From Chiloscyllium plagiosum (taxonomy: Eukaryota), in assembly GCF_004010195.1 (NCBI RefSeq), contig NC_057758.1:6131352-6195036 (forward strand): DNA of 63,685 bases, given 5' to 3'. The translations under genes and the position numbers were made by a program. Below the pieces are notes generated by a model, which worked only from the letters and a program-made list of their open reading frames with translations, did no database searches and was not told where the DNA came from. Below, piece by piece: positions 49,723 through 61,065 of this stretch. Every line of letters begins with the position of its first letter. Within the stretch, counting starts at the first letter, position 1.

Positions 49723-50628
49723 AAAGATAGGTTAGAGGATTGAGTTGTGAATAGTTGTTAGGTAAATATTCTCTGTTAGACCACAAGAAATAAAGGTGTG
49801 AATTCTTACTTTAAATAGTTGTTCGCCTCTCGAATTTTCACAGATTAGTGCAAGAGTTAAACCTTCTCGGTGTTGCTGGTTTTAATTGAGCAGGAAGGTT
49901 TCCCGTGTGTATCACTGTTACAGAGTGAGACAGTTAGAATAAAGCTGGAAATTGTGACCTAATTATGCCTGATATCGATATCAGAGATGCAGTTCCGATG
50001 CAGCAACATCCTTATTGGTATAACCCTCTAATGTTGGCAAAGTTTTAAGACGATTGAATGCACGCTCCAAAACGACATAGTCAAAGAGGGTTACCGTGAC
50101 TGGATCTCACTCATAGTAATGGTGTCAAATTCATATGCATATCAAGTTTATGCATGAACTGTAACAAAGTGAATGAAAGATAGGTTAGAGGATTGAGTTG
50201 TGAATAGTTGTTAGGTAAATATTCTCTGTTAGACTACAAGAAAGAAAGATGTGAATTCTTACTTTAAATAGTTGTTCGCCTCTCGAATTTTCACAGATTA
50301 GTGCAAGAGTTAAACCTTCTCGGTGTTGCTGGTTTTAATTGAGCAGGAAGGTTTCCCGTGTGTATCACTGTTACAGAGTGAGACAGTTAGAATAAAGCTG
50401 GAAATTGTGAACTAATTATGCCTGATATCGATGTCAGAGATGCAGTTCCGATGCAGCAACATCCTTATCGGTATAACCCTCTAATGTTGGCAAAGTTTTA
50501 AGACGATTGAATGCACGCTCCAAGACGACATAGTCAAAGCGGGTTACCGTGACTGGATCTCACTCATAGTAATGGTGTCAACTTCATATGCATATCAAGT
50601 TTATGCATGAAATGTAACAAAGTGAATG
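49723..50628 (+). repeat. 453-bp tandem duplication specific to copy C
   Basis: 49723-50175 and 50176-50628 are near-identical. A and B have a single copy. Confidence 0.92.
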
Positions 50629-52369
50629 AAGTAGCAAAGGCTCATTCAGATTCGCTTACACTTGTGGAGGACTATATTGAACAGATTAAATAAGCAATTG
50701 ATATTTCTGTTTGGATTTGCTCAGAGGATACTGGCAGATGCTGTTGTCCAAAATAACGAATATATTGTTAGGCTTTCCTCAGACAGAATGGAGTGTCTCA
50801 GTTTAAAGTCAAACCATTTGTTATGAAAAATGCGCAGCCACATTTCGATGACTAATGAACAAAATCATTTCCAGCATACCAAATTGTACAGTAACTATTT
50901 ATTACCTGGTGATTTTTAGGTGCACATGGAAAAACCATTAGCCAACTGTATCAGAATTCTTCAAACGACTTCGGGAGGCAGGCTTCGTGGTAAACCTAGC
51001 TATCAGTAACTTCACCAAAGCTCAAATTAACTTCCTGGGGAATATTATTGGACAGAGACAATTGCCCCCACGGAATGTAAAAACAAAGTTAAGTGGAAAC
51101 TTTCCATTGCTATCGACGAGAAAAGCAATGCCAATGCTTGCATGGTTAAGAGGATTTTATTCGGAATTCGCACCATGTTTTCGCAATGTGGCTGCTGCAC
51201 TCACTGAATTACTGAAGTAAGGCAAGACGTTTCAGTGAACGACAGAATGTCAGAAAGCACTTGACTGCTTGAAAGCTGTGGTAACCATCGCCCCAGTATT
51301 AACCACACCTAATAACACAAACATTCAAGTTGCCTATTATTGCAAGTATATGGACGTCAGCGATTCACTTCCTGGAAAACGATAAGAAGGTAGACCATCG
51401 TAGATCTTGTTTGCATGGGTATACTCAATGTGATATATATGTGTTGGAATGTAATAACACTGTAAGCTTACAGGGGTTTTAAAATGAAGGTAATCTTAGA
51501 TACTGATAGATCATTTCCTGAATTGACAAATGAGTGACAATTCCGCTTCTTTTATGAGGTCATTCAGACGTTAGTTCTTTTTTCAGAAAGACAGAAATTC
51601 TGAATGCCGGGAAAAATCTCCATCAGAACGCTTTCAAAACATATGTATCATGATAGCGAGCGGCTAGTTCCCCCAGTTCAGGTTTTTCTTTCTGCTTTCA
51701 TTTTATCAAGCACTCAGTAAACAATTGCAAAACCACTGCACGTACAAAATGTGATTCATATCCGATTCCGCAGTAGAACTTTGCATTGAAAAGGTCAGAA
51801 ACGCTAGATATATTTCTATCTCAGAAATATATTCAGAGGATACTGATGGGTGCCCTTTATCTGAAAAAGTGAAGATAATTTTGTTTTTATTTATAACAAG
51901 GAATGAACTGTATCAATTTAATACATGTTATTTGGCATGAAAAATGTGGCATCACATTTCAGGGACACAGCAATAAAGCCATTTCCGTGTTTTACAACTG
52001 CGTGGTGTACATTGAAGAACTAGTTTTTTTTTGTCACACATGCAATAGAAATTTTCAGAATTTACTGAAATGATTCGATTGGCTTTCCAAGGCAGGCTGT
52101 TTGACAAAGCTGACTCAGAATGAATTCGTAAAAGTCCAAGTTATTATCCTGGGCCGTGATATTGGATATGCACAAATGCCCCAAGGAATGTGAAACCAAG
52201 TGTAAGTGTGGAGTTCCCCATTCCGCGATAAATAGAGTAGTATTACATCTCCTGGGATTTAGTGGGTTTTATCGGGCATTCAGAACAAATGTTAGGAGAG
52301 TGCCTGTCTCGGTCACTGTTTAATATCTGTCTTGCCTGGGATGCTTCTAAAACAGTCTATATGCTCTCA

Positions 52370-52801
52370 GTTAAAAATCACACAACACCAGGTTATAGGC
52401 CAACAGGTTTAATTGGAAGCACACTAGCTTTTGGAGCGACGCTCCTTCATCAGCTGATTGTGGAGGGCTCGATCGTCACACAGAATTTATAGAAAAAATT
52501 TGCAGTTTGATGTAACTGAAATTATACATTGAAGAATTGATTGTCTGTTAAGCCTTTCATCTGTTAGAATACAGTGATAGATTCACTTCGTTCATGTGTA
52601 AATCACAAAACCCTTTTTTTTAAAGTTGCATTCTCGGGTTAGCTGTGAACAATGGTGACAGCTAGACAATGTGTTGAAGGTGTTAGCCCCCTGTGTTCTC
52701 TGTCTATGACCTGATGTTTAGAATGATTCCAATCTAAAAAGTGAAAAAAACAGAGTTTTACATAAATTCCTGCAGTTTTTGAACTCAGAGTTCGACATGA
52801 A
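52370..52801. mobile_element. Penelope-like short insertion with 14-bp TSD, specific to copy C
   Basis: tctatatgctctca at 52356-52369 and 52802-52815. Empty site in B at ~5424-5437. Minus-strand CTGATGA-aggagc-gtc-gctcc-AAAA-gcta hammerhead with G>A in the GAAA box (~52422-52456). Confidence 0.85.
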
Positions 52802-54857
52802 TCTATATGCTCTCACATCGTGAGGTGAACAATTGTACAAGCTGTGAGGATGTGACGCATCAGAGCAAGACAGAAATTGAGGAAGCAATATCACAGGTCA
52901 AGATGCTCACGAAGAATGTTGGGAGGCAAAGAATTACAGAAGATGAGAGGAACAGTGATGGGAATGTTGATGGTGTTTTGAAGGCAGCAGCACAGATATA
53001 GAAAATGAATGAGATGGTATTTGGATATTGTCCGATTGCAAGTAATATATGATGGAGCTGTATATATGATTCGTTCGGTCCAGAGGGAGAATTGTAAGCT
53101 GTTCCATACTTCTTTCTCCTCACTTTAACTTTATACACTATGTTCTCATCTGTCTCCAATATGGAAGATATTCTCAAAATCTGAGCCACCAATAACTCTC
53201 TTAATTTTATACATCGCAAGTAGACCCACAACGGCATCATGTGCCTCAAGGGGAACAAAGACGGACTGCCCAGTCTTTCCTCATAACTGAGATAGTTATT
53301 TGCAACATCGTGGTGAATCTGCCCGCACACATCCCGATGCAACCATATCCTCTACAATGTGGCGAACAGAGAAAAACACAGTTTTCCATCTGTGACTGAA
53401 TCAATGGTTGAAAATGTTGCAACAGGACTTTTCTGCTCCAATATTCCTCACACTTGCTGAAGAAATCAAGCTCCTGTATGGCTTCTTCATCATCATAGAA
53501 TCCCCACAGTGTGGAAACCAGCCATTTTCCAAAAATGCCCACATTGGCCTTCCGAAAGGTATCCCACCTAGACCAATGTTTCTGCACTATTGCGGTACGG
53601 ATCCCATACCTAATGTGCCTCACCAACACAGCCCTGAACACGATGACCTATTCAGTTTGGCCATTTCACCTAACCATTCTGTCGAACCGTGTTGACATAT
53701 GAAGGCATCTCTTGCCTCATACACCATGATCTCTTTGTTCGGCAGTGCTCCATGGCGACTTACCATTCGTTCTTTCCATCTTTCGCTTATTAAACACCCC
53801 AAAATGAATCACCTTGCAGCTTTAGAGATTAATTGTATCTGCCATTGCTGTGTGCAATTTACTTGCTGATCAATATCAGACTGTCTGCTAAAACGATCCA
53901 TATCACATTAAACAGTAATACCAAATTTCAAGCCATCTGCAAATTTACGAATTATGCATTCTATATTCATACCAAAGTTGTGATTGCGCAGTTCAAAATC
54001 AGGAAACTAGGAAAATATCTTGAAAATAACGGGGCTTCTATTTGAAACGCGATTCAGGAAATGTATTTTTCTCTCTCAATTTCTCACGTGGTAGCGAATG
54101 CAGGAAATTTAAATTGTTAGGTGCACTCTTGATAACCAAGCGATTAATAATAATCAGAGACATGTAGGATTGCAGAGTTGAGGAGGAAGCTGAAAGTGTT
54201 ATTGCTTGTGACTGTGTGCTGGGGAACGAGTCGCCACGAAGCACTCAGTTACCTATCCTTTTTCTCGTGTGGTTGGGTGACTTCACGGAGAGAGATTGGT
54301 GGCCTCTCGTACTGATACATGGTGTCTGTAACAGCGAGACCCTTTATCTGTGTTTTGCCCTCTTAAAGGTTTCTTCACATTGTGATGCAAGCCAAGGCTG
54401 GTCGATATTTCCCCTTTGCGTTTGAACAACTCCGCCAAGAATTGATGAAACTGGATGTCTTGGCGTTCGAAGAGGGAGCAGCACACGTTTTGTCTCCTGC
54501 TGTATTCCCAGATTGCCCATAAACACTCCACAGTCAGTCCGTTCAGCCACAGCGACTGACCACTCGAGAGCCATCCGAGTGGCCAGGTCGTCAAGAGTGA
54601 CGGGATCGTCTAGAAAGCTGGCATTCTCCGTGCTTAGCTGTGAAAGGTCATCCTGCCCTCTGGATTCGAGACGAGGGAGCCGTCATCGGCCGGCAGCACA
54701 AGGAGCTGCTGACCAGTGCCGAGATTTCTTTTTTCAGCAAGTAGAAGAAGTGGAAACTGCCGGTCAATTCCTGGAGAAGCTGCATCATCGACCTCATGAA
54801 CGCGCTGTTATGACACGGGGAAATGCTCTATTCTGATTTAAACCTGACACACAGAAA

Positions 54858-57800
54858 TGTTTCACACCGTGCTGTAATCTGCAAATTCGACTGGCAAAGA
54901 ACTATCCCAAATGTTACGAGCGACAGAAAAAAATGACAACTTTAATATTAAAAGTCTAACACAGAATAATTAAATGGAAATTAATTACAACCCCTTTCTC
55001 TAAAGTATCTTTTAACTTCCCGTTGAAAACACTGGTTCGATAAAACTACCTGATTCAGAATTTGAGAAAAAATCATATTTCAAAATCAGCCACCTATTGA
55101 ATTTTCTCTTTGTTTCTTCCCCTATAGATTTTTTTTTTCTCCAGGTCGGTGTCAATCATTTTCGCTGTGGAAAGTTACATGCCAGAGAGTTTTTACTGGC
55201 AGCCTTTATCTGTTGGGCTTTTTGCAGTTCTCCTCCAACTCTTCATTTTATTTTGGTATTTTACCTCAAAGCATGGATCTGTTATCATTGTCAACAAAGA
55301 CAATTCAAAGTGCTTGGATTTTGGTATTTTACTGCATAATTTAACCTGATTGACCGAATTTGCATTTGTTTCTGATGTCTTCAAGCAACCCAGCTACGCC
55401 AGCTGTTCGACAAAATGTTTCACAATTACCTTTTTCACAACACCGATGCTGTATCAGGTGACAGTGCTCACCGTTAACGTTCTGAAAGGTACAATACCCT
55501 TTACACCTTCATAACACCTCCACTCTTAAGAAATAATGAACCATCGTAATGAAAAGATGTTTGTTTTGTAGGATGAAAAAAGGTTACCCTAACATACAAA
55601 TAACTTTAACTTAAGTTCACCTTAACCTCTTCCCATATACTGGGAGATATAAACCATTCAATTTTTTTTTAAATAGCTAAACTTTATCAATCAAATCCAC
55701 AATAACGCACCTGCGATTGCATTCATATGGCCCGCAACATTTACGATTTTGAAGTTAAAACTCTGCAACCTAAGCTTGCAAAGAAATAGTCGCATATTCT
55801 TGTATTTACAGCTTTTTAAGAATGCAAGAGGATTGTTTTCTGCATACGCAACCGACTTGGACAAATTGTTCGTGTCACACATATTAAAATATGTAAGGCC
55901 AGTCCCAAACTCAATACCTCTTTTTCGGTCATAGAGTATTTCCACTGCTGGATGTTGCGCCTCCTCAAAAAATAACCAACTGGCAGTTCAATCACATCCT
56001 CATCTTGCTGTCCAACTCCGATGTCTCTATCATCAATGCTGATTATAAAAGACATTGAAAAGCTGGGTGCAGGTAAAACTGGTTTGGTGATTAACAATGC
56101 TTTCTAATGATCGAATGCCTCCTGGCATTTTTTCTGTCTATTGAAGCTTAGTGTTTTTCTTCAGCAAGTCGGTTTAACGGTGCCACTACACTTCTGATGT
56201 TTGGAACAAACATCTGATAGAATACGCTAATCCTCAGAATTGAAGCTTTCTTCGAGGTTTGTCATGGAAATTCCGCCATGGCCTTCGTGTTTACGTTCCG
56301 TGGGGTCAACCTTCCATGACTGGTGTTATGCCTCAAGAACGTCACCTCTGTTTTAACGTATTCATATTTGTTTAAGTTTACCATGAGTTTTGCTTTTGGT
56401 CGTCATTCAAAGTGCTCTCCAACTGTAACATGAGACTCTGCTAGAACTTACTAAAGGTCACAACATCGTCCACACAGACTTCACAGTTTGCTAACCCAGC
56501 CACAATTCCTTTAATGAGTCTGTGGAATGTGGCTGGTGCATGCTTCATTCCAAAAGCCATCAAGTTAAACTTATGTAGTTCTTTTGGTGTTACAAATGCA
56601 AACATTTCTTTTGCTGTCCCTGACAAAGGTACCTGCCAATAACTATGCTATACGTTCACCTTGTTGATGAGACTGGCTTGTTAACGTTCTCGATATAGTC
56701 CTCCAATCTAGAAATGGGATGTGAGCCTGGTTTTGTAAGGGCGTTGACCTTCCAATAACTCACGCAGAATTGTTCTGTCCCCTCTCTTAGTTTTGGAACT
56801 AAGGCAATCAACGAACTCCACTCACTCTGGCTTGGTCTGATGGTATCCTCTTCAGGCATGGCCTTTAATTCCTTTGGTATCTGTCTGGCTTTGAGAGGAT
56901 TAAGCTGTTAGGGTTTAGTTTCATTGCAGCAGTATTATCGACATCTACTTTATATACAATATCATTTGTCCTCCCCCAACAATACGTACATTATGTCCGA
57001 AACTGCTTCAACAAATCTTTCAATTACGTTCCATGGTCTTGGGACAGGCAGTTTACTGACCTATCCCACTCCTCAAGATCTTCTTCACTTTTGAATCTAT
57101 TTTGAGGCACATCAAAAACTGTATGATCTGGATTTGATTCCTCACTTTACGGGGCAATATCTAACACGTCTTTTTCCAGTTCTTTCTCATATAAAGAGGT
57201 TGCAACATGTTCAAAATGACGGACTGATACTTTTTTTTCCTATCTGACATCTTTACTCTTAGTATACCTCGCTCAACTTTTTCTCAGTTTCATAGGGACC
57301 ACTAAACTTCGCTTTGAAGGGATCTCCTGTCCCGGGAAAGAGCACTACCACGTCATCCCCTCGGGAAAATTTCAGGGTCTCAAAGCTTTGATCTGCCACC
57401 TGCTTCATTCAATACTGAACCCTTTAGCAGTGTTATTTGTTTACTCACCTGTTCGATTTAGTCTCCCTCACAACGATACAGAATCTAACAATGGGATCTC
57501 CCAGTTTAGTCCTGCCATTTTTTTTCTTGAATTAACCTCAAGCGCCTCTCACTTTATGACCGAATATTAACTGGAAGTGAGTGCACTGAGTCGTTTTGTT
57601 TGCTTTATTTATAACTGTAAACAATGCGTTTGGGATACATTTAGCCCAATAATTTCCGTTAAACCTAACAGTCTGCTCACAACAAGTTCTGATGCTCCTT
57701 GCGAGTCAAGGTCTATGCACTGGATTTAAAGTGTTATATACCTAAGCTACCATAACATCCTTAGACAACTTAGAATAGAATTTGACCTTTGGTCCAAAAA

Positions 57801-60800
57801 AATCTCTCTGGGCAGCCCATACACTATGAAGAAAACTACAAACTCCTCCTTTACCCTTTTTGCCTTGATAATCCACAGTGTAATTGCCTCAAGAACACTG
57901 GTAGGCATATCCATTACAGTTAACAATTATTACTTCCCATTATTAGTCTCGGGTGGGAAGTAATACTTTCAATTGGAACCCGTGTGACAGGTTCTTCGAA
58001 GGCGGGAATTGGATCGAATTCCATTTCAGGTCAACAACATTGGTTTGTTCTTAAGCCGGAGTCCTTAGCATCCCAGGTGACGTCCTATCTGTAGTTAATG
58101 TGGGACCCATATACCTCCTGTCTGTATGCTACTAGCAAAGCAATCTGGTGCACTTCGGCCCATGACTCCTCTGCACTAACCTGCTGTAGTCGCCATTTCC
58201 ATCTTAAGATTCCATGTTTCAGATAATTACCCTCTGCAATATTCTCTGCCTCTTTATCAAAGTATGCATCCATATATATATATATTTCATCATCCTGTGT
58301 TGCAATTGCAAGCCTCTTACCCTTTCAGGACAAAGCACTTCCGCCTGACCCTCTGCCTGTTCAGGTTTTTCCTGCATTTTTACGTCAAACAGGGTGACCG
58401 TGAACTGAACCTCAATTGCTTTATCGTTGTCTTTATTTTTGCTTCGTGCTCTGACTTATGATGGTGGGATCTGGTTATGACACAGCCTCGGAAAATACCA
58501 AGACGTTCCTGTTTTGACTCTTCAGTTCCTTGGTCTTCCTTGGATTTCTGCACAACAAGAGGTGTCACTCCACATTGGATCCTGGTTATCATGCCAAAGA
58601 ACAAATTGAATTCCTGGAACTGACACTCTGTCAGTCATTCCCACTGTTACTTCCCCAGTCTTGAGTTAGTACAATAACCTAATCTCATATCGGAGAAAGC
58701 TAAATTTCTGTTCATCTATCCCACAAATTATCACACTCTCGGGTAACCGATCAGAAAGAATGCATATTCGCTGATCTAATCGTTACAGCGTCTGGTTTGA
58801 TCCTGTATCCCTCAAAATTGTACACTTTTGTCCTTCTGTCCGTGTTCTTTCTGGGAAAACTTTGCCAAGAAGCTCATTCTTTGTCGAGATCAGGTACGAC
58901 TTCCATTTCAAGCCCCTGCCCAGGCTGTGCGCTCTTCTGCAGCTCCTCCACTGGGGTTTCCTTTTCTAACTTCACTAAAACTACTGACCTAGCTTCATTT
59001 CAATATATTTTCCCACAGTGACTTTCTTTATCGACCAGCAATGTGACCGTCCGTGTTCGACCTTCTGGCACTGAAAACATATTTTCCCAGTGCCCTTCTG
59101 AAATCACCAGTACTGTAATTGTCTGTGTCCCACTCCATTACAGTAAAAACAGATGAAGCCTTTCACCTCCGTTTCAACCCCTTGGGCTTCTTTTACATGT
59201 GGCAAATTCTTATCAGTTCTCTCTACTCATTCTTTCATGGGGACGGATCCCCCTCAAAGGAAGAACTTCACCAACATTGATTCATTTCGTAATCCTGCTG
59301 CCCTTCTCACTTCCTGAAGTTTCTGCTCCTCCACGTGAATTCTTACTACCTCGAGAAGGGAGTTTTCAAACTCCTGCAGCAGAATGATCTCTTCGAGAGT
59401 CTCAATGGTCTTATCTCTTTTTAAAGCACGCAGTCATCTATAAAAAAAGTGACTGTTTCATTCTTTCAAAGTCAACAGAAGGCTGACCTGGTTTCCTTCT
59501 TTACGATTTGAACTGCTGCCTGTATACTTCTGGTGCCAATTTATAAGCACTTACAATCTCCTGTTTCAGCTCTTCACAATTACTTGACCCCTCATCTAAC
59601 GGCGCAGCAAATTTCTCAAAAGCTCTGCTTACCAGCTTAATCTGAAATTGCATTACCCATAAATCTTCGGACTACTCAATTTAACGAGCCAATATGTGTT
59701 AAATCAAATAATGACGGCTTCGCCATCTTTCTTATCGAAATGTAGCATAATGTTGACACATTTGTACATATTACTAAGTTTTATTTCAATCGCCATCCTG
59801 TCAACTACATTGTGCTAATGTGTCGCAACTTCTCAAGGTCAAATTCTCTCTGTTCTTGCTAACCTAAGAAGTTATTCGCTTTCTTTTTCTTCACTCTCCC
59901 TTTCTCCTGAGTCTAAACTCTAACTCAATTTCCTCAATATTAATTTCAGTTTTTCTACCTCTTGTCTGTTTATCTGGCATATCTAAGTGTTTGAGTAATT
60001 CCCTTATAATTTCAACTTGCGTTGTGCTTCGTTGGTTAAACCCAAGTGCAATTTCTTTCCTAATTCTAAAAGCATCGCCTTTTTCTTGCCTTCTAAACTT
60101 CCGTGGCAAATTTGAGAATCAACATAAAATCTCAGAAAGTATTCAACAATTTTAAGAGCTATTTCTCTCACTTATAATTTAATCAACGACAAGTCAGCGA
60201 AATTGTATCACCTACATTTTAGCGAAAAATCAAACAAGTGTTTAAATCTGCTGGGATTATTTGTCGCCCCAAATATATTCACAAGTGTCTAATCTACTGC
60301 AAAACTAAGACTGGATCTATCTAAAACAGTTTAAATAGAGGACAGAAGCCTCCAAACTGTTACGACATGACAATCACCGATTGCTAATTTAAACAAGCAA
60401 CACAGAAAAAAGGCTAACCCGTGTTGTAAACTGTTAAAATTCGAGAGACCAAGGACTATCATAATAGTCAAAATTTAAAATAAAATCATTGTTTTTTTAA
60501 AAAAAGTCTAACTGAGAATAATTAGCTATAAACTATGCGCATCTCCTCTCTCTAGCATATTTCCCTCTTGTTGACTGGTCCAATAAAACCACGGATTAAG
60601 ATTTACAGAAAAATTCAAGTCTCAGAACCAGCCAGCTGTTGATTATTTTCTTGGTATCTTCCACTATAGATTCTCCATCGAGGTCTGTGTCGATGTTTTT
60701 CTCTGTGCAAACTCCTTCTCTGTACTGGTACCTCTCAGAGAGTTCTGACTCTCAGCATACACCTGTTAGTCTTTCGGCATTTTGTTCCCAACTCTTCAAG

Positions 60801-61065
60801 TTGTTAAATATTTATACCCCAGAGAATCAGATCGTTCCATTGGCTTAAACTTTGTCTAAATACCAAATGCAAACTTTATTGATATTTAGAATTTCATGTA
60901 CAATTTAAACTTATTGGACGAATTCGAATTTTTATTGGTCTTATCACAGCCCCGGTATGTTAACTGCTGGACAAAACATTACATTATAAGTTTTGCACCA
61001 CTTTGTATCCTTGCTGAATCCTTCACTCTCTTAAAGGTACAGTACACCTCTGCACCTTCATAATA
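54858..61065 (-). mobile_element. Near full-length decayed Gmr1-like Gypsy element (LTR-PBS-gag-PR-INT-RT-RH-PPT-LTR)
   Basis: 5' LTR 60358-61065 followed by PBS-like gtttggaggcttc. gag ~59400-60110. INT YLKHGILRWKWR..SAEESWAEVHQI (58085..58273). RT IRPSQSEWSS...FCVSYWKVNALTK..HPISRLEDYIE and FGMKHAPATFHRL..CVDDV. RNase H 55691-56097. 3' LTR 54858-55516. Confidence 0.85.

Larger units (their letters stand above)
45515..51410 (+). mobile_element. Decayed Gmr1-like Gypsy element, copy C
   Basis: Same gag-PR-INT-(LTR)-RT order. The integrase HHCC region lies at ~48020-48205 and RT at ~49950-51300. Confidence 0.85.
35442..56009 (+). repeat. Segmental duplication copy C
   Basis: Reverse complement of 2250-25474 with several deletions, duplications and one insertion (see findings). 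Confidence 0.97.
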
